DNA from: the human T2T-CHM13v2.0 reference genome, Homo sapiens
Assembly: GCF_009914755.1 (NCBI RefSeq)
Contig: NC_060925.1
Reading direction: 5' to 3' (one strand)
Length of the DNA: 64,000 nt
The notes under the pieces are model-generated. The model saw only the letters and a list, made by a program, of their open reading frames with translations. It was not told where the DNA came from and did no database searches. This document shows positions 1-21,347 of the stretch, piece by piece. Position 1 is the stretch's first letter. Every line of letters starts with the position of its first letter. The translations under genes and the position numbers were made by a program.

Positions 1-100
1 ATGTTGCCCACTCTGGTCTCAAACTCCTGGGCTCAAGCAATCCTCCTGCCTCGGCCTCCCAAAGTGCTAGGATTATAGGTGTGAGCCCTTGTGCCTGGCC
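1..100 (-). mobile_element. Alu fragment (left arm, cut by window edge)
   Basis: CTCCCAAAGTGCTAGGATTATAGGTGTGAGCC...CCTGGCC is the reverse complement of the Alu 5' end. Confidence 0.9.
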
Positions 101-199
101 CACCTTTTCTTTGTTTTGTTGTTGTTGTTGTTTGTTTGTTTGTTTTGTTGTTGTTGTTTATCTTTGGGCCCCATCTTTTTATTATAAAGTGTAACACCT

Positions 200-525
<326 letters not shown>

Positions 526-526
526 C

Positions 527-1171
527 TATGTTAGGCCATTCTCGCATTGCTATAAAGCAAGCTTGTCCAACCTGGGGCCCGTGGGCTGCAGGCAGCCCAG
601 GACAGCTCTGAATGTGGCCCAACGTAAATTCATGAACTTCCTTAAAACATTATGAGATTTTTTTTGCGATTTTTTTTTTTTTTTTTAGCTCATCAGCTAT
701 CGTTAGTGTTAGTGTATTTTATGTGTGGCCCAAGACAATTCTTCTTCTTCCAATGTGGTCCAGGAAAGCCAAAAGATTGGACACCTCTGCAGTGTAAAGG
801 AATATATGAGGCTGGGTGATTTATAAAGAAAAGAGATTGAATTGGCTCATGGTTCTGCAGGCTGTACAAGGGTGGCACCGGTGTCTGCTTGGTGTTTGGG
901 GAGCCCTTGGGGAGCTTTTACTCATGGTGGGAGGTAAAGGGGGAGCAGACACTTCACAGAGAAACAGCAGGAGCAAGGTGCGGAGAGGCGCCACTTACTC
1001 TTAAAACAACCAGATCTGGTAAGAACTCACTCACTATCACAAGTAGAGATGGCACCAAGCCACGAGGGATCCCTCCATGGCCCAAACACCTCCCACCAAG
1101 CCTCACCTCCAACACTGGAGATTACATTTCAATATGAGGTTTCGGCAGGGACAAATATCCAAGCTATTTCA
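527..1171 (-). mobile_element. MaLR solo LTR (MSTA/MSTB-like), interrupted by MER30
   Basis: Typical MST motifs TTTATAAAGAAAAGAG...GGCTCATGGTTCTGCAGGCTGTACAAG and end GGGACAAATATCCAAGCTATTTCA; 5-bp flanks ACACC/ACACT. Confidence 0.85.
558..789 (-). mobile_element. MER30 (hAT-Charlie non-autonomous DNA transposon)
   Basis: CAAGCTTGTCCAAC...AGCTCATCAGCTATCGTTAGTGTTAGTGTATTTTATGTGTGGCCCAAGACAATTCTTC...GGACACCTCTG matches recalled MER30 consensus. Confidence 0.85.
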
Positions 1172-1178
1172 ACACTTA

Positions 1179-1816
<638 letters not shown>

Positions 1817-2269
1817 TTATTCTATTACTTGTTACTAATAGCATCTCTTATCTCTTTGAAGATATTTATTATGCTTATTTAAAACTTCTGTTGTGTCCAG
1901 TCCATTCATTCTGCTTCCCCTGATATAAACTGCTCAGTTTATTGTCTCCAATTTCTGGCCATTTGCTCCTCAGATGTCTGGTTATTTTCCTGGGGCTGCT
2001 AATCCCCTGGGTGTTACAACCCACCTGGATGGCAACAGCAGTGTGTACTGAGCAAGGTCAAGGCTCAGGCCCTAAGCTGTGCCCTCCTGGTGAGCGTGTG
2101 TGTGGACACGCCTGGTGAGCTGGAGGTGGACAGAGTTTGTGGCATTAAATTGTAGGCCATAATTCCCCATGTGCCGTCCCCACACGTCACCCTGCCGTTC
2201 AAGAAACCTTCCTGTGTCTCTCCTCCAGCACTGCTCTTTTCCAAGAGTCTTTTACATTTATTTTGTTTT

Positions 2270-3038
<769 letters not shown>

Positions 3039-3260
3039 TAGGGTGATGGGGGCAGGCAGAAGACACGACCGCCTCTCCCAGCTTCCCTTCCGCCCAGAGC
3101 TGCACCCATTCTTTTCCAAGCTGCCACCACCTCCTCTCCCAGAACCCAAATGCCTCTTTCTCCTCAGGATCTCTCAGTCTCTATGTGGTTTCTCAGTTCC
3201 ATCTGCTTCCTTCTCTGTTCTGGCCTCTCCACTTCAGTGGTGTAGATTACAACTCCATCT

Positions 3261-3565
3261 GGCCGGGCTTAGAGGCTCATGCCTATAATCCCCACCACTT
3301 TGGGAGGCTGAGGTGGGTAGATCACTTGAGGTCAGGAGTTCGACACCAGCCTGCCCAACATGGTGAAACCCCATCTCTACTAAAAATACAAAAATTAGCC
3401 AGGCATGGTGGCACGCGCCTGTAATCCCAGCTACCTAGGAGGCTGAGGCAGGAGAATCACTTGAACCCGGGAGGCAGAGGTTGCAGTGAGCCAAGATGAC
3501 GCCACTGCACTATAGCTTGGGTGACAGAGTGAGACTCCATCTCAAAACAAACAAACAAACAAACA
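3261..3565 (+). mobile_element. AluS with (CAAA)n tail
   Basis: Complete Alu dimer. Confidence 0.9.
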
Positions 3566-3574
3566 CCCTCCATC

Positions 3575-3670
3575 TAATAATCCCGAGAACCTTGTGGTAG
3601 ATACTCACTCTACAGATGAAGAAACCAAAATTCAGAGAGGTTATGTTACTTGCCTGTGACCACACAGCCT
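3575..3670. mobile_element. MIR fragment
   Basis: Core motif TACAGATGAAGAAAC...CAGAGAGGTTATGTTACTTGCCTGTGACCACACAGC. Confidence 0.7.
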
Positions 3671-4032
3671 CTCATTGAAATCACTGCAGCTCAGCCTTTT
3701 CTCCCTGCCCCCAAATGCTATAAGCCACTCTTGGGAGAATAAAGAAACACCAGCGAGAGCTTTGCTTCCGTCTTTCCAACCCCTGTGGGATACCAGGATG
3801 AATAAAGAAACTGTAGTGTTGCCGATTTCCAGCAGGCAGTCTCTAAATCTTCCGTCCTTCTGTATCGCGTATTGCTTTTTATGATGGTTTAAATTATTTA
3901 TGCTGTTTTGTTGAAAGCTAAGCACGTTGGAGAAATGGCCAGTAATGGAAAAGTAAAAAGGGGGCAGGCAGACTGTATTGTGGTCGAACGTGGTATCTCC
4001 AACCTTGCGAGACCTCGAAAGTCTGTTGGTGT

Positions 4033-4053
4033 AGAGAGAGAGAGAGAGAGAGA

Positions 4054-4098
<45 letters not shown>

Positions 4099-4117
4099 AA
4101 GGAAAGAGAGAGAGAGC
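4033..4117. repeat. Compound dinucleotide microsatellite (AG)n(TG)n(AG)n
   Basis: Directly visible. Confidence 0.95.
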
Positions 4118-4402
4118 TGGTTGATGCTCAGGGCTTATCTGGTCACTAGGTCTCTGGTCTCTGTTCCCTGCACTGATGGGTTTGCAGCCTCTTTGGAGAT
4201 TATTTCTCTACCTTTCAGTCTTTTTGTAAAATGAGCATGTTACCTGTCAATATCACAGGTGTAGAAAGAAATTGCTGATGTCATCGCTTTTTTAAAAACT
4301 TTGAGCTCTTGTAAGGAAATGCCTGCTATAAATAAGCAGGGTTAATTTTTAGTTACAAACACAGTCAATTGTTTATATAAATATTATAGATCTAAATGCT
4401 TG

Positions 4403-4712
<310 letters not shown>

Positions 4713-4747
4713 TGCCTAGCTTCTTCCTTAGAGTTGCCTTGTCTTAG

Positions 4748-5817
<1,070 letters not shown>

Positions 5818-5992
5818 CACCAGTTGATTTCTTTAGGATGATTGAGAAATCCTGTGGCAGCCAAAGGAGCCTCATCTGCAGGTCTCTCCATGCCTATTGC
5901 TTTGTGTCCGATAAATCTAGGGTGCAAACAATATTTCACCTAGAGCATTGCAGGCTGGCCTGATGTTATGACCGTTTATCTCAAATTTTTGT

Positions 5993-6286
<294 letters not shown>

Positions 6287-7006
6287 GGGTGCATATCCAT
6301 TTAAATGGCAAAAAAAGGGGTGGAGGGAGATGAGATGAATCAAATTGGTGGATTAGGAGCCAGGCACTGATGAAAATAAGATACTTCTAGTAAAAACTGG
6401 ACGATTTAATGTGTGTGCAGAGTTGGAACTGAGAGTCCATTCCTGCAGAGAAAAATATGGGCTCATTATAGACCAGGATTCAATTCAAACCCCAAATCCC
6501 AACTTTCCTATTAATTGACTTGCTTGGGAACTCAGACAGTCAGGAAGGTAGCAAGTGAGGGGAATAAAAATCAAGTTTCTTAGTTCTTACCAATTTTCCT
6601 TTTGACCAAATCAAGGACAGAGTTCCAGTTGAAGGGGAAAAAAGGAAACAAATCTTTAAAAAAAAGATAAGCAATTTCTGTTTCTCTTTGCCAGGAGTGG
6701 ACTAAGAGCCTGAAATTGCTGCCAAGTAACCTCTTTAGCCATAAATATCTCATCTTTTTTCTTTTTACAAACTGTATCCTTTTGTTCAAGCGCACTCATT
6801 CTTGGCCATTCTTGGCGGGGATGCAGGTATGACCTAATTTTGATGTAAAGTGTGTGGGAGAATTAACTTTTAAAGTAACACATCTGAAGCTGGGATGTTT
6901 GCAGCAGAGAGGATGAATGTGGTTGAATCAGCCACTTAGAATGTTACCTCGCTATTGATAGAATTTCAGATTTTTTCCTCCTCCTTTCTTTATTTTTGTT
7001 AGTTAA

Positions 7007-7629
<623 letters not shown>

Positions 7630-7639
7630 TAAGGGGAAA

Positions 7640-7744
7640 TCCAGTGTTGTGCTTTAGAGCATGAGGTTTGGAGCCAGGGGTTGCTGGATTTGAACCCTGT
7701 CTCCACCACTGTTGACTGTGACCATAAATAAATTACTTACCTCT

Positions 7745-7745
<1 letters not shown>
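7640..7745. mobile_element. MIR fragment
   Basis: TTTGAACCCTGTCTCCACCACT...CTGTGACC...TTACTTACCTCTGTG resembles the MIR tRNA/core region. Confidence 0.6.
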
Positions 7746-9425
<1,680 letters not shown>

Positions 9426-9510
9426 CAAAACTTTTATTGAGTTCCCTTTTTTGCAGCAATAAGAGGCTCTATTTCATAGGGCTGCTGTAAAGATTATAAA
9501 AGATCATTAA

Positions 9511-9842
<332 letters not shown>

Positions 9843-9989
9843 TTAATACAATTCTTGGTTTAGAGTCAATGCTCAATAAATACCAGCCATTGTCATTACT
9901 GTCATCACCATCAACTTAAATTCTTCCTCTTTATGGATAGGGAGAAAAAAATACAGTAGGTACAGAGTGCTAAGATATTAGAGCCTGAA

Positions 9990-10430
9990 TATACTTTAGA
10001 ATTCAATTCATCTACTCTAATTGCCTTATTTTATACATCAAAAACTGAAGTCCAGAGATATTGACCTGCCCATGACTCCACAGCTAGGAGGTAGCAGGTT
10101 CATTTCCTTATAACATTTTAGATACTGTGATTCTGTAATCTGTAGATAGGAAAGCTCATCACAGGAGTGATAAGCGATGAGAGAGAGACAGACACACAGA
10201 GAGAGGGTTTATTGAGTTCCGGTCTCTTGACTTGAAGGAGACCATGGCTCTCTAGTTGTGAACATGAGCAGACATTGCGTTTTACAGTCACAATCTCCTT
10301 TGATTCTCACAACATGAGGGTGAGGTGGGTATTATCTTCATTCCCATTTTAGAGACCAGGAAACTGGATGATGGAAGCGATGCAGTTGCTCCACAGCACA
10401 TAGCAAGTGACAGAATTAGAATTCAAACAG
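9990..10430. mobile_element. MIR fragments
   Basis: CCCATTTTAGAGACCAGGAAACTG and AAACTGAAGTCCAGAGA...GACCTGCCC...CACAGCTAG. Confidence 0.55.
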
Positions 10431-10509
10431 TCCAGCTGGAATGACCAGGTGCTCTCAAGCCCTCTCTAATGCCCTCTCTCTAGTAGATGCTTTCTGTCAG
10501 CATGAATTA

Positions 10510-10821
<312 letters not shown>

Positions 10822-11361
10822 TTAGTGATGTCGTTGGGATCATCTCCTTGGACTGGAGATTTGGAGAACAGAGTCGTCGATGGGGTCACCTGAGATACCA
10901 TGACTCTGCTGTGTATTTTCAGCTGTGGGCATCGTGCTCCAAGCTCTCTGTTTTGCCTAGAATGTCCCTCTTCTTGTGTTCTGGGATCCTTCCTGGCAAC
11001 TGAACTCGCTGTGATGCTGTAGGAAGCCCATTTCAGGCTTTGTGTCCTGCCCAAGTGTTCCAGGGCCATCTGTCACTGGCACAACAATTTCAGTAAACAA
11101 CAATTTGGTTTCCTTAATCATGGCTTTAAGACCAAAGTTAATTGATACAAGGTTGTTCTTAATTAGTAAAAATGCCTGTTACAGAAAAATGATGCACGAA
11201 CTGCAATTCACAAGAAGGAAATCTATGCAGAGTATTCTTATCTGGCCTAAATGATAGCTCCCCAGTGAGGACCAGGGAAAACAGCAAGACATGCTGATTA
11301 CAGGGCTGACCATGTGTGCGAAGAGCCCACAGCTGATGAAAACAAAATCTTGAATTTATCA

Positions 11362-11660
<299 letters not shown>

Positions 11661-11774
11661 TTTCACTCTTTCAGTCTTTAAAAAAATAAGACTCTGGTTC
11701 TTGGTTTGTTTTTTCTGTCCGGATTGTTCGGTATTTACTATGTGGTCCTTAGGGCCACGGTGATCTCTGTGATT

Positions 11775-12078
11775 TTTTTTTTTTTTTTTTTTTTTTTTTG
11801 AGACGGAGTCTTGCTCTGTCACCCAGGCTGGAGTGCAGTGGTGATCTCGGCTCACCGCAACCTCCGCCTCCTGGGTTCACACCATTCTCCTGCCTCAGCC
11901 TCCCGAGTAGCTGGGACTACAGGCGCCCACCACCACGCCCGGCTATTTTTTTGTATTTTTAGTAGAGACAGGGTTTCACCGTGTTAGGCAGGATGGTCTC
12001 GATCTCCTGACCTCGTGATCCACCCGCCTTGGCCTCCCAAAGTGCTGGGATTACAGGCATGAGCCACCGTGCCCGGCC
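11775..12078 (-). mobile_element. AluY-like, long T tail
   Basis: TSD ATCTCTGTGATT on both sides; GTTCACACCATTCTCC. Confidence 0.9.
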
Positions 12079-12152
12079 AATCTCTGTGATTGACTAACCT
12101 GCAGTGTGATGAATATAGTACTTGGTAAACTGACATTCATTTAAATATAATT

Positions 12153-12455
<303 letters not shown>

Positions 12456-12757
12456 GCCAAACGTCCTTTGGACTCACATGTCATCAAATAGCTATGTTCT
12501 CTGAAATTTTACATATGCTTTAAAAATTTTAATCTTTGTTGGAATAAGCCTTCTTCCAGCATTGCCCCCACCCCCATTTCCATTTTGCCCCTATCGACCT
12601 GGTTAGCTAAGATTTCCAGCAATGCAGCCTGTTAGAATTAGTGGTGAAATATCAATAAAGAGACATTCAACGCAGGTTGAGGAACTTTCCGGTGAAGAAG
12701 GTGCATGAGTTTTGTATTCTCCTGGGCTAATTTTCTTTTCCTTCCTTCTGGATTCTA

Positions 12758-13430
<673 letters not shown>

Positions 13431-14247
13431 CTAGAGACTTGCTGTGCTTATTTCCTGACTAGGTAGCAGACCAATTCTAAAGCATCTTCCAGTTTTGATT
13501 TTCTGATTCCAAATAACCCTGGCATAAGTGGTGCCACTGTACATTAATATTAATGAGTTAAACCAGATTGCATCCTGTTTGTTAAAGTACTCATTGGCAA
13601 AAAACAGAAAATTTATTGATTTAAGCTCCTTATTGTCATTATTTAATTCAGTGTTTAATAGATACATACTTACATAAAATAGACATTAATTAATATTTAT
13701 AAAGATTTTGCATAGGAAAGCATATATTTTCTAGATTTAATGGGGTAGAGAGCTGCCTAGTCTCTTAAGTCCAACAATGTAAGCAGTTCCTATTTTTACT
13801 CATGCAACATGATCTAGGACTCAAGTCCATGTGTTACCTGACCTTGGTTAAAATAACTGGAAAGTAATTCTCTTTATGGGCATGGATGGTCCTGTAGAGG
13901 ATTTTGCCAGAAATGAAATTGGGCTCTTCCCACATTTTTGTCAGTGCAAGAGTCGGCATGTGGCAGTTTTGAGTGAATATGGACTCAGTCAGGAAGGGAT
14001 TTCCATAACACATTTACCAAATGTGTGGCCGAGACGCGGTGGCCTTTTACAGTGCAGGCTGTGGGACTAGGGCATCTGAAAACCAGGTCAGAGAGAGAGG
14101 ATTATGGCTTGCTGTCTCCCACCCACTCGGCTCCTCACACATGGCTCAGCTGCTGGGGATCGGTCCCATGCCCTCTGATGTAGCTGCCGACCCAGTCTGC
14201 AGAGGATTACTGGTGGCATCACAGCTGGGATGCCTCTGGACAAATAT

Positions 14248-14738
<491 letters not shown>

Positions 14739-14795
14739 GAATAAATTACATATGTATTTTTTAAACAGGTAGTAAAGTATAAAAACTAACATGAT

Positions 14796-16235
<1,440 letters not shown>

Positions 16236-16466
16236 TAAGGAGTTCAAGACAAATCAATAAATTCTCTGGTTTTTCCTCCCAACTCAACATTTCCATCTTC
16301 CTGTTATTTTGTTTTTCAAGAAATAAAATATTACACATAAAGTTGCAGATCCTCATGTCATCCTCCCTTTTTTTGTTTGTTTGTTTTGTTTTTCTCTCTT
16401 TCTTTCCTGGGTTAATCTCATCCTGAATTTGATGATTGTCATTGCCATCCATGTTTTCACACTTGA

Positions 16467-17196
<730 letters not shown>

Positions 17197-17241
17197 GGAA
17201 GACTTGATTTTTTAAAAAGATCCCATTAAAAATAGCAATAA

Positions 17242-17525
17242 AGGCCAGGCTCAGTGGCTCACACCTGTAGTCCCAGCACTTTGGGAGGCTGAGGTTGATG
17301 GATCACTGGAGTCCAGGAGCTGGATACCAGCCGTCTCTACAAAAAATAGAAAAATTAGCTGGGCGTGGTGGTGTGTGCCTATAGTGCCACCTACTCAGGA
17401 GGCTGAGGTGGGAGGATGGATTAAACCAGGGGGCAAGGGTTGAGGCTGTAGTAAGCTGTGATCACACCACTGCACTCCAGCCTGGGTGACAGAGTGAGAC
17501 CCTGTCTAAAATAATAGTAATAATA
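17242..17525 (+). mobile_element. AluJ
   Basis: Diverged dimer with J-type right arm GAGGTGGGAGGAT...GAGGCTG. Confidence 0.85.
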
Positions 17526-17944
17526 AAGTCTTCCTATCAAAAAGGAACACTTCGGATTTTTGTGTATTGATTTTGTATCCAGAAACCTGATTGTGATTGT
17601 GATTGTGATGGGAGAGTGGCAGTGCACCACGTGACTAGGACTTCTGATGTTCTCGTATCCTTGCATTCCAGAGACAGCCCTACCAGATCATGGCTACATT
17701 CAATTTTCTAGTAATTTATTTATCATTTTAAAGAGATGCTTTTATACAGAATTTGTAATCTGAGAAACTGGCTGGGCAGTGTGACTTCATCTGTCAGAGA
17801 GGCAAAAGGCTTATGCAGAGTGGGCTGTTTGGCCTTGGATCCTGGAGCAGCCTTCTTTGCCTTTATTGACCCTTCTGTGCCTTCTGTGTGCCCTTTGGCT
17901 AGCTTCTTCTCCTGCCAATCACAATCACACCCTCTTCACTACGT

Positions 17945-18266
<322 letters not shown>

Positions 18267-18546
18267 CTTCACTACGTTTTAGATTCTTTTTAGATTGTGC
18301 TCCATTGAGAGCTCAAGCAATACAGCCACCCAGGTTTTCGTAACTCTCCATGGCGCTCACCACAGTATTTACGCAAGGAGGTCCACGCTATGATGAAGTG
18401 GTGTCTACTGTTGAATTGATGAGTTCCTCTTTATTAACCTACTATAGTTTCATTTTACTCTTAGCCGTCAGGAAGCTAAGAGCTGAGTTCTGTGCTCAGT
18501 GGCAACATATTTCCTTGACTATGGATTTTTAAAATATTGTTTTTCT

Positions 18547-18841
<295 letters not shown>

Positions 18842-19952
18842 TTTTTCTTTCTAGGCATGCCTCTCATTCAAACAGCTTTTAAAAAGTCTCTTGCTTGTTT
18901 CATTATTATGAATTTTACGCCTATTTTAAAGCTATACGGTTTCACTGCTGTATGCTTTAGTGTAAGCTATGTCAAATCCTTTTGCAGGTAGGTGGAGCTT
19001 AAATTCTATAAAATGAGACGTGATCAATAAAAGCGGATGAAGAGTCTGAGGACTTGAGTGGTGGTGGAGATTTTCCAGAATTATTAGTGTAGAAAATTAA
19101 TTTCGATGTTTTAGTGCATATGCTTGTACATAATACCTTTTACTCACAATAATACTGTATTTAATTCAGGGGAAGACATGTGATTTTACTTTCAATGTCT
19201 GCTAGTAAATAAAAATAATTCACAACCTTATAAAGTAATAGTGCTCGGCCTGGGCCTGATAATTGAATATATTATCACTGAAGATTATATTTTGTTAAGT
19301 ACTGAATTGAACAGTTTCTGAACAGTGAGATTTTTCTTTCCAGCTGAATCTAAATCTGATTTTAAAGAAATCACTGCTCGTGCTTTTGTGTCCTCCGGGT
19401 TTCTAACTTCCACTCTCCCTCCTTCAAGGGCATCTCCCAGAAGGGGGCTGGGCTCGTTAACTCAGGGACGGTGCAAAGCGTTTGTTCCTCTCCTCACAGC
19501 CCTTCCGCGGTCTCCCAAGGAGACAAGTGGAATGCCCACCAAGTCATGCTTTTCCATTACTCATTCCGCCTTCTCTCCCGAGGTGGCGCGTGGGAGGTGT
19601 TTTGCTCGGGTTCTGTAAGAATAGGCCAGGCAGCTTCCCGCGGGATGCGCTCATCCCCTCTCGGGGTTCCGCTCCCACCGCGCCGCGTTCGGCCGGTTCC
19701 GCCTGCGAGATGTTTTCCGACGGACAATGATTCCACTCTCGGCGCCTCCCATGTTGATCCCAGCTCCTCTGCGGGCGTCAGGACCCCTGGGCCCCGCCCC
19801 GCTCCACTCAGTCAATCTTTTGTCCCCGTATAAGGCGGATTATCGGGGTGGCTGGGGGCGGCTGATTCCGACGAATGCCCTTGGGGGTCACCCGGGAGGG
19901 AACTCCGGGCTCCGGCTTTGGCCAGCCCGCACCCCTCGTTGAGCCGGCCCGA

Positions 19953-19971
19953 GGGCCACCAGGGGGCGCTC
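19953..19971 (+). promoter_or_regulatory. CTCF binding motif
   Basis: GGGCCACCAGGGGGCGCTC versus consensus TGGCCACCAGGGGGCGCTA (17/19). Confidence 0.85.
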
Positions 19972-20020
19972 GATGTTCCTGCAGCCCCCCGCAGCAGCCC
20001 CACTCCCCGGCTCACCCTAC

Positions 20021-20058
20021 GATTGGCTGGCCGCCCCGAGCTCTGTGCTGTGATTGGT
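20021..20058 (-). promoter_or_regulatory. Two inverted CCAAT boxes (NF-Y)
   Basis: GATTGGCT (ATTGG at 20022) and GATTGGTC (ATTGG at 20053), 31 bp apart. Confidence 0.7.
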
Positions 20059-20178
20059 CACAGCCCGTGTCCGTCGTGGGCGCCGGGGCGGATACGAGGT
20101 GACGCGCAGAGGCCCAGCTCGGGGCGGTGTCCCGCGCCGGCGACTGCGGGCGGAGTTTCGCGAGGGCCGAAGCGGGGC

Positions 20179-20487
20179 AGTGTGACGGCAGCGGTCCTGG
20201 GAGGCGCCCGCGCGCGTCGGAGCAGCTCCCCGTCCTCCGCAGCCGTCACCGCCGGCCGTCGCCGCGCCCTGGCCTCCCGCACTCGCGCACTCCTGTCCGC
20301 CGCCCACCGCCCACCTCCCACCTCGATGCGGTGCCGGGCTGCTGCGTGATGGGGCTGCGGAGCGGCGCCCTGCGGCTCGCGGCGGCCGCTGCTCGCGCTG
20401 AGGTGCGTCGGTGCCCGGCCCCCCGCGCCCCCGCGCGCCGCGGCTCCTGTTGACCCGGTCCGCCCGTCGGTCTGCAGCGCGGCTGAG
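20179..20487 (+). other. KIF1B: KIF1B non-coding exon 1 (5' UTR); TSS approximate, donor exact
   Basis: Consensus donor GAG|GTAAGG at 20487/20488 inside the CpG island; start placed at an Inr-like CA(+1)GT downstream of the CCAAT/GC boxes (inferred). Confidence 0.8.
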
Positions 20488-21224
20488 GTAAGGCGGCGGG
20501 GCTGGCCGCGGTTGGCGCCGCGGTCGCGGGGTTGGGGAGGGGGCCGCTTCCGCGGGGAGGAGCGGCCGGGCCGGGGTCCGGGCGGGGTCTGAGGGGAGGT
20601 AGCGCGGGACGGGCGCCGGGTGCGGGAGCCTCGCCCTCGGGGGAGGGGACCCCTCCCTAGGCCAGCAGCGAGTCCCGGGCCGGCGTCCAGCGGTCGGCTG
20701 GGGCCCCCGCAGTGCCCTGCACCGGCCCTCCGTTTCCCCCGCGCTGCCAGGCCCCGGCTGTGCCCAGCGCTCTCCAGACCCGCCGCTGCCTGGCCGTTCC
20801 CTGGGCTCCGCGCACGTTGCAGCCCGGGGGGCGGCTGTGCTTCGTTTGAAGCCATCGTTTCTCATTTTCCCTCTCCCCTTTCCTCCTTTGTGGTGGGCAT
20901 CGGGCTTCGGCTGGGAATGTGGTTATGCCCTTTGCCAGATGGCGATAGGAAAGGTCATCGCTTGGCGCTGGGGGAGCCGAGGGCTCGAGGCCTGGAAAGA
21001 GGGGTGCGATAGGAAGGGAGGGGGCTTGTTGGATGCTGGCCAGGTGTGAGGAAGGCTGGTGTGGTCTCGGCATTCAGCCGACTGGGATTACTCGGGCAGC
21101 CATATTGGGAGGATGATCTGACAAATCCTTTAGGAGCCAAGTCCAGTTGTTGGAAGGCACCGAGTGACAGCCCTGGCAGCTTTCAGGGTGACTGGCCAGA
21201 CCAGAAGCCAAGTTGTGGGGGTTG

Positions 21225-21347
21225 GGAGGCTGCTTGAGGAAGCTAGTCATTGTTCATGCAACACAAAACATTCCCGCCCCTAACGCCAGAATGGAGCTTC
21301 CAGATCCCTTTTTTTTTTTTTCCTTGATTGCTAAATGAGCTTCCAAG
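21225..21347 (+). other. KIF1B: Putative alternative non-coding first exon of KIF1B (start very approximate)
   Basis: Donor-like AAG|GTAAAC at 21347/21348 in the island shore, GC box CCCGCCCC at 21273; unverified recollection of an alternative KIF1B 5' exon about 1 kb downstream. Confidence 0.4.

Larger units (their letters stand above)
19480..21010. promoter_or_regulatory. KIF1B: CpG island / KIF1B promoter
   Basis: Abrupt very high GC and CpG density, repeat-free, many GC boxes (e.g. GCCCCGCCCC 19791-19800; GGGGCGG 20085, 20121), contains a strong splice donor upstream of the KIF1B coding exon. Confidence 0.95.

Noticed and set aside
19829-19835. TATAAGG as a TATA box
   Set aside because: About 350 bp upstream of the inferred TSS region and a poor match; the promoter looks TATA-less
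20017-20865. 282-aa and 265-aa minus-strand ORFs and other long ORFs in the CpG island
   Set aside because: Pro/Arg/Gly/Ala-rich shadow ORFs caused by stop-codon scarcity in GC-rich DNA; non-ATG starts, overlapping in several frames, no recognisable domain
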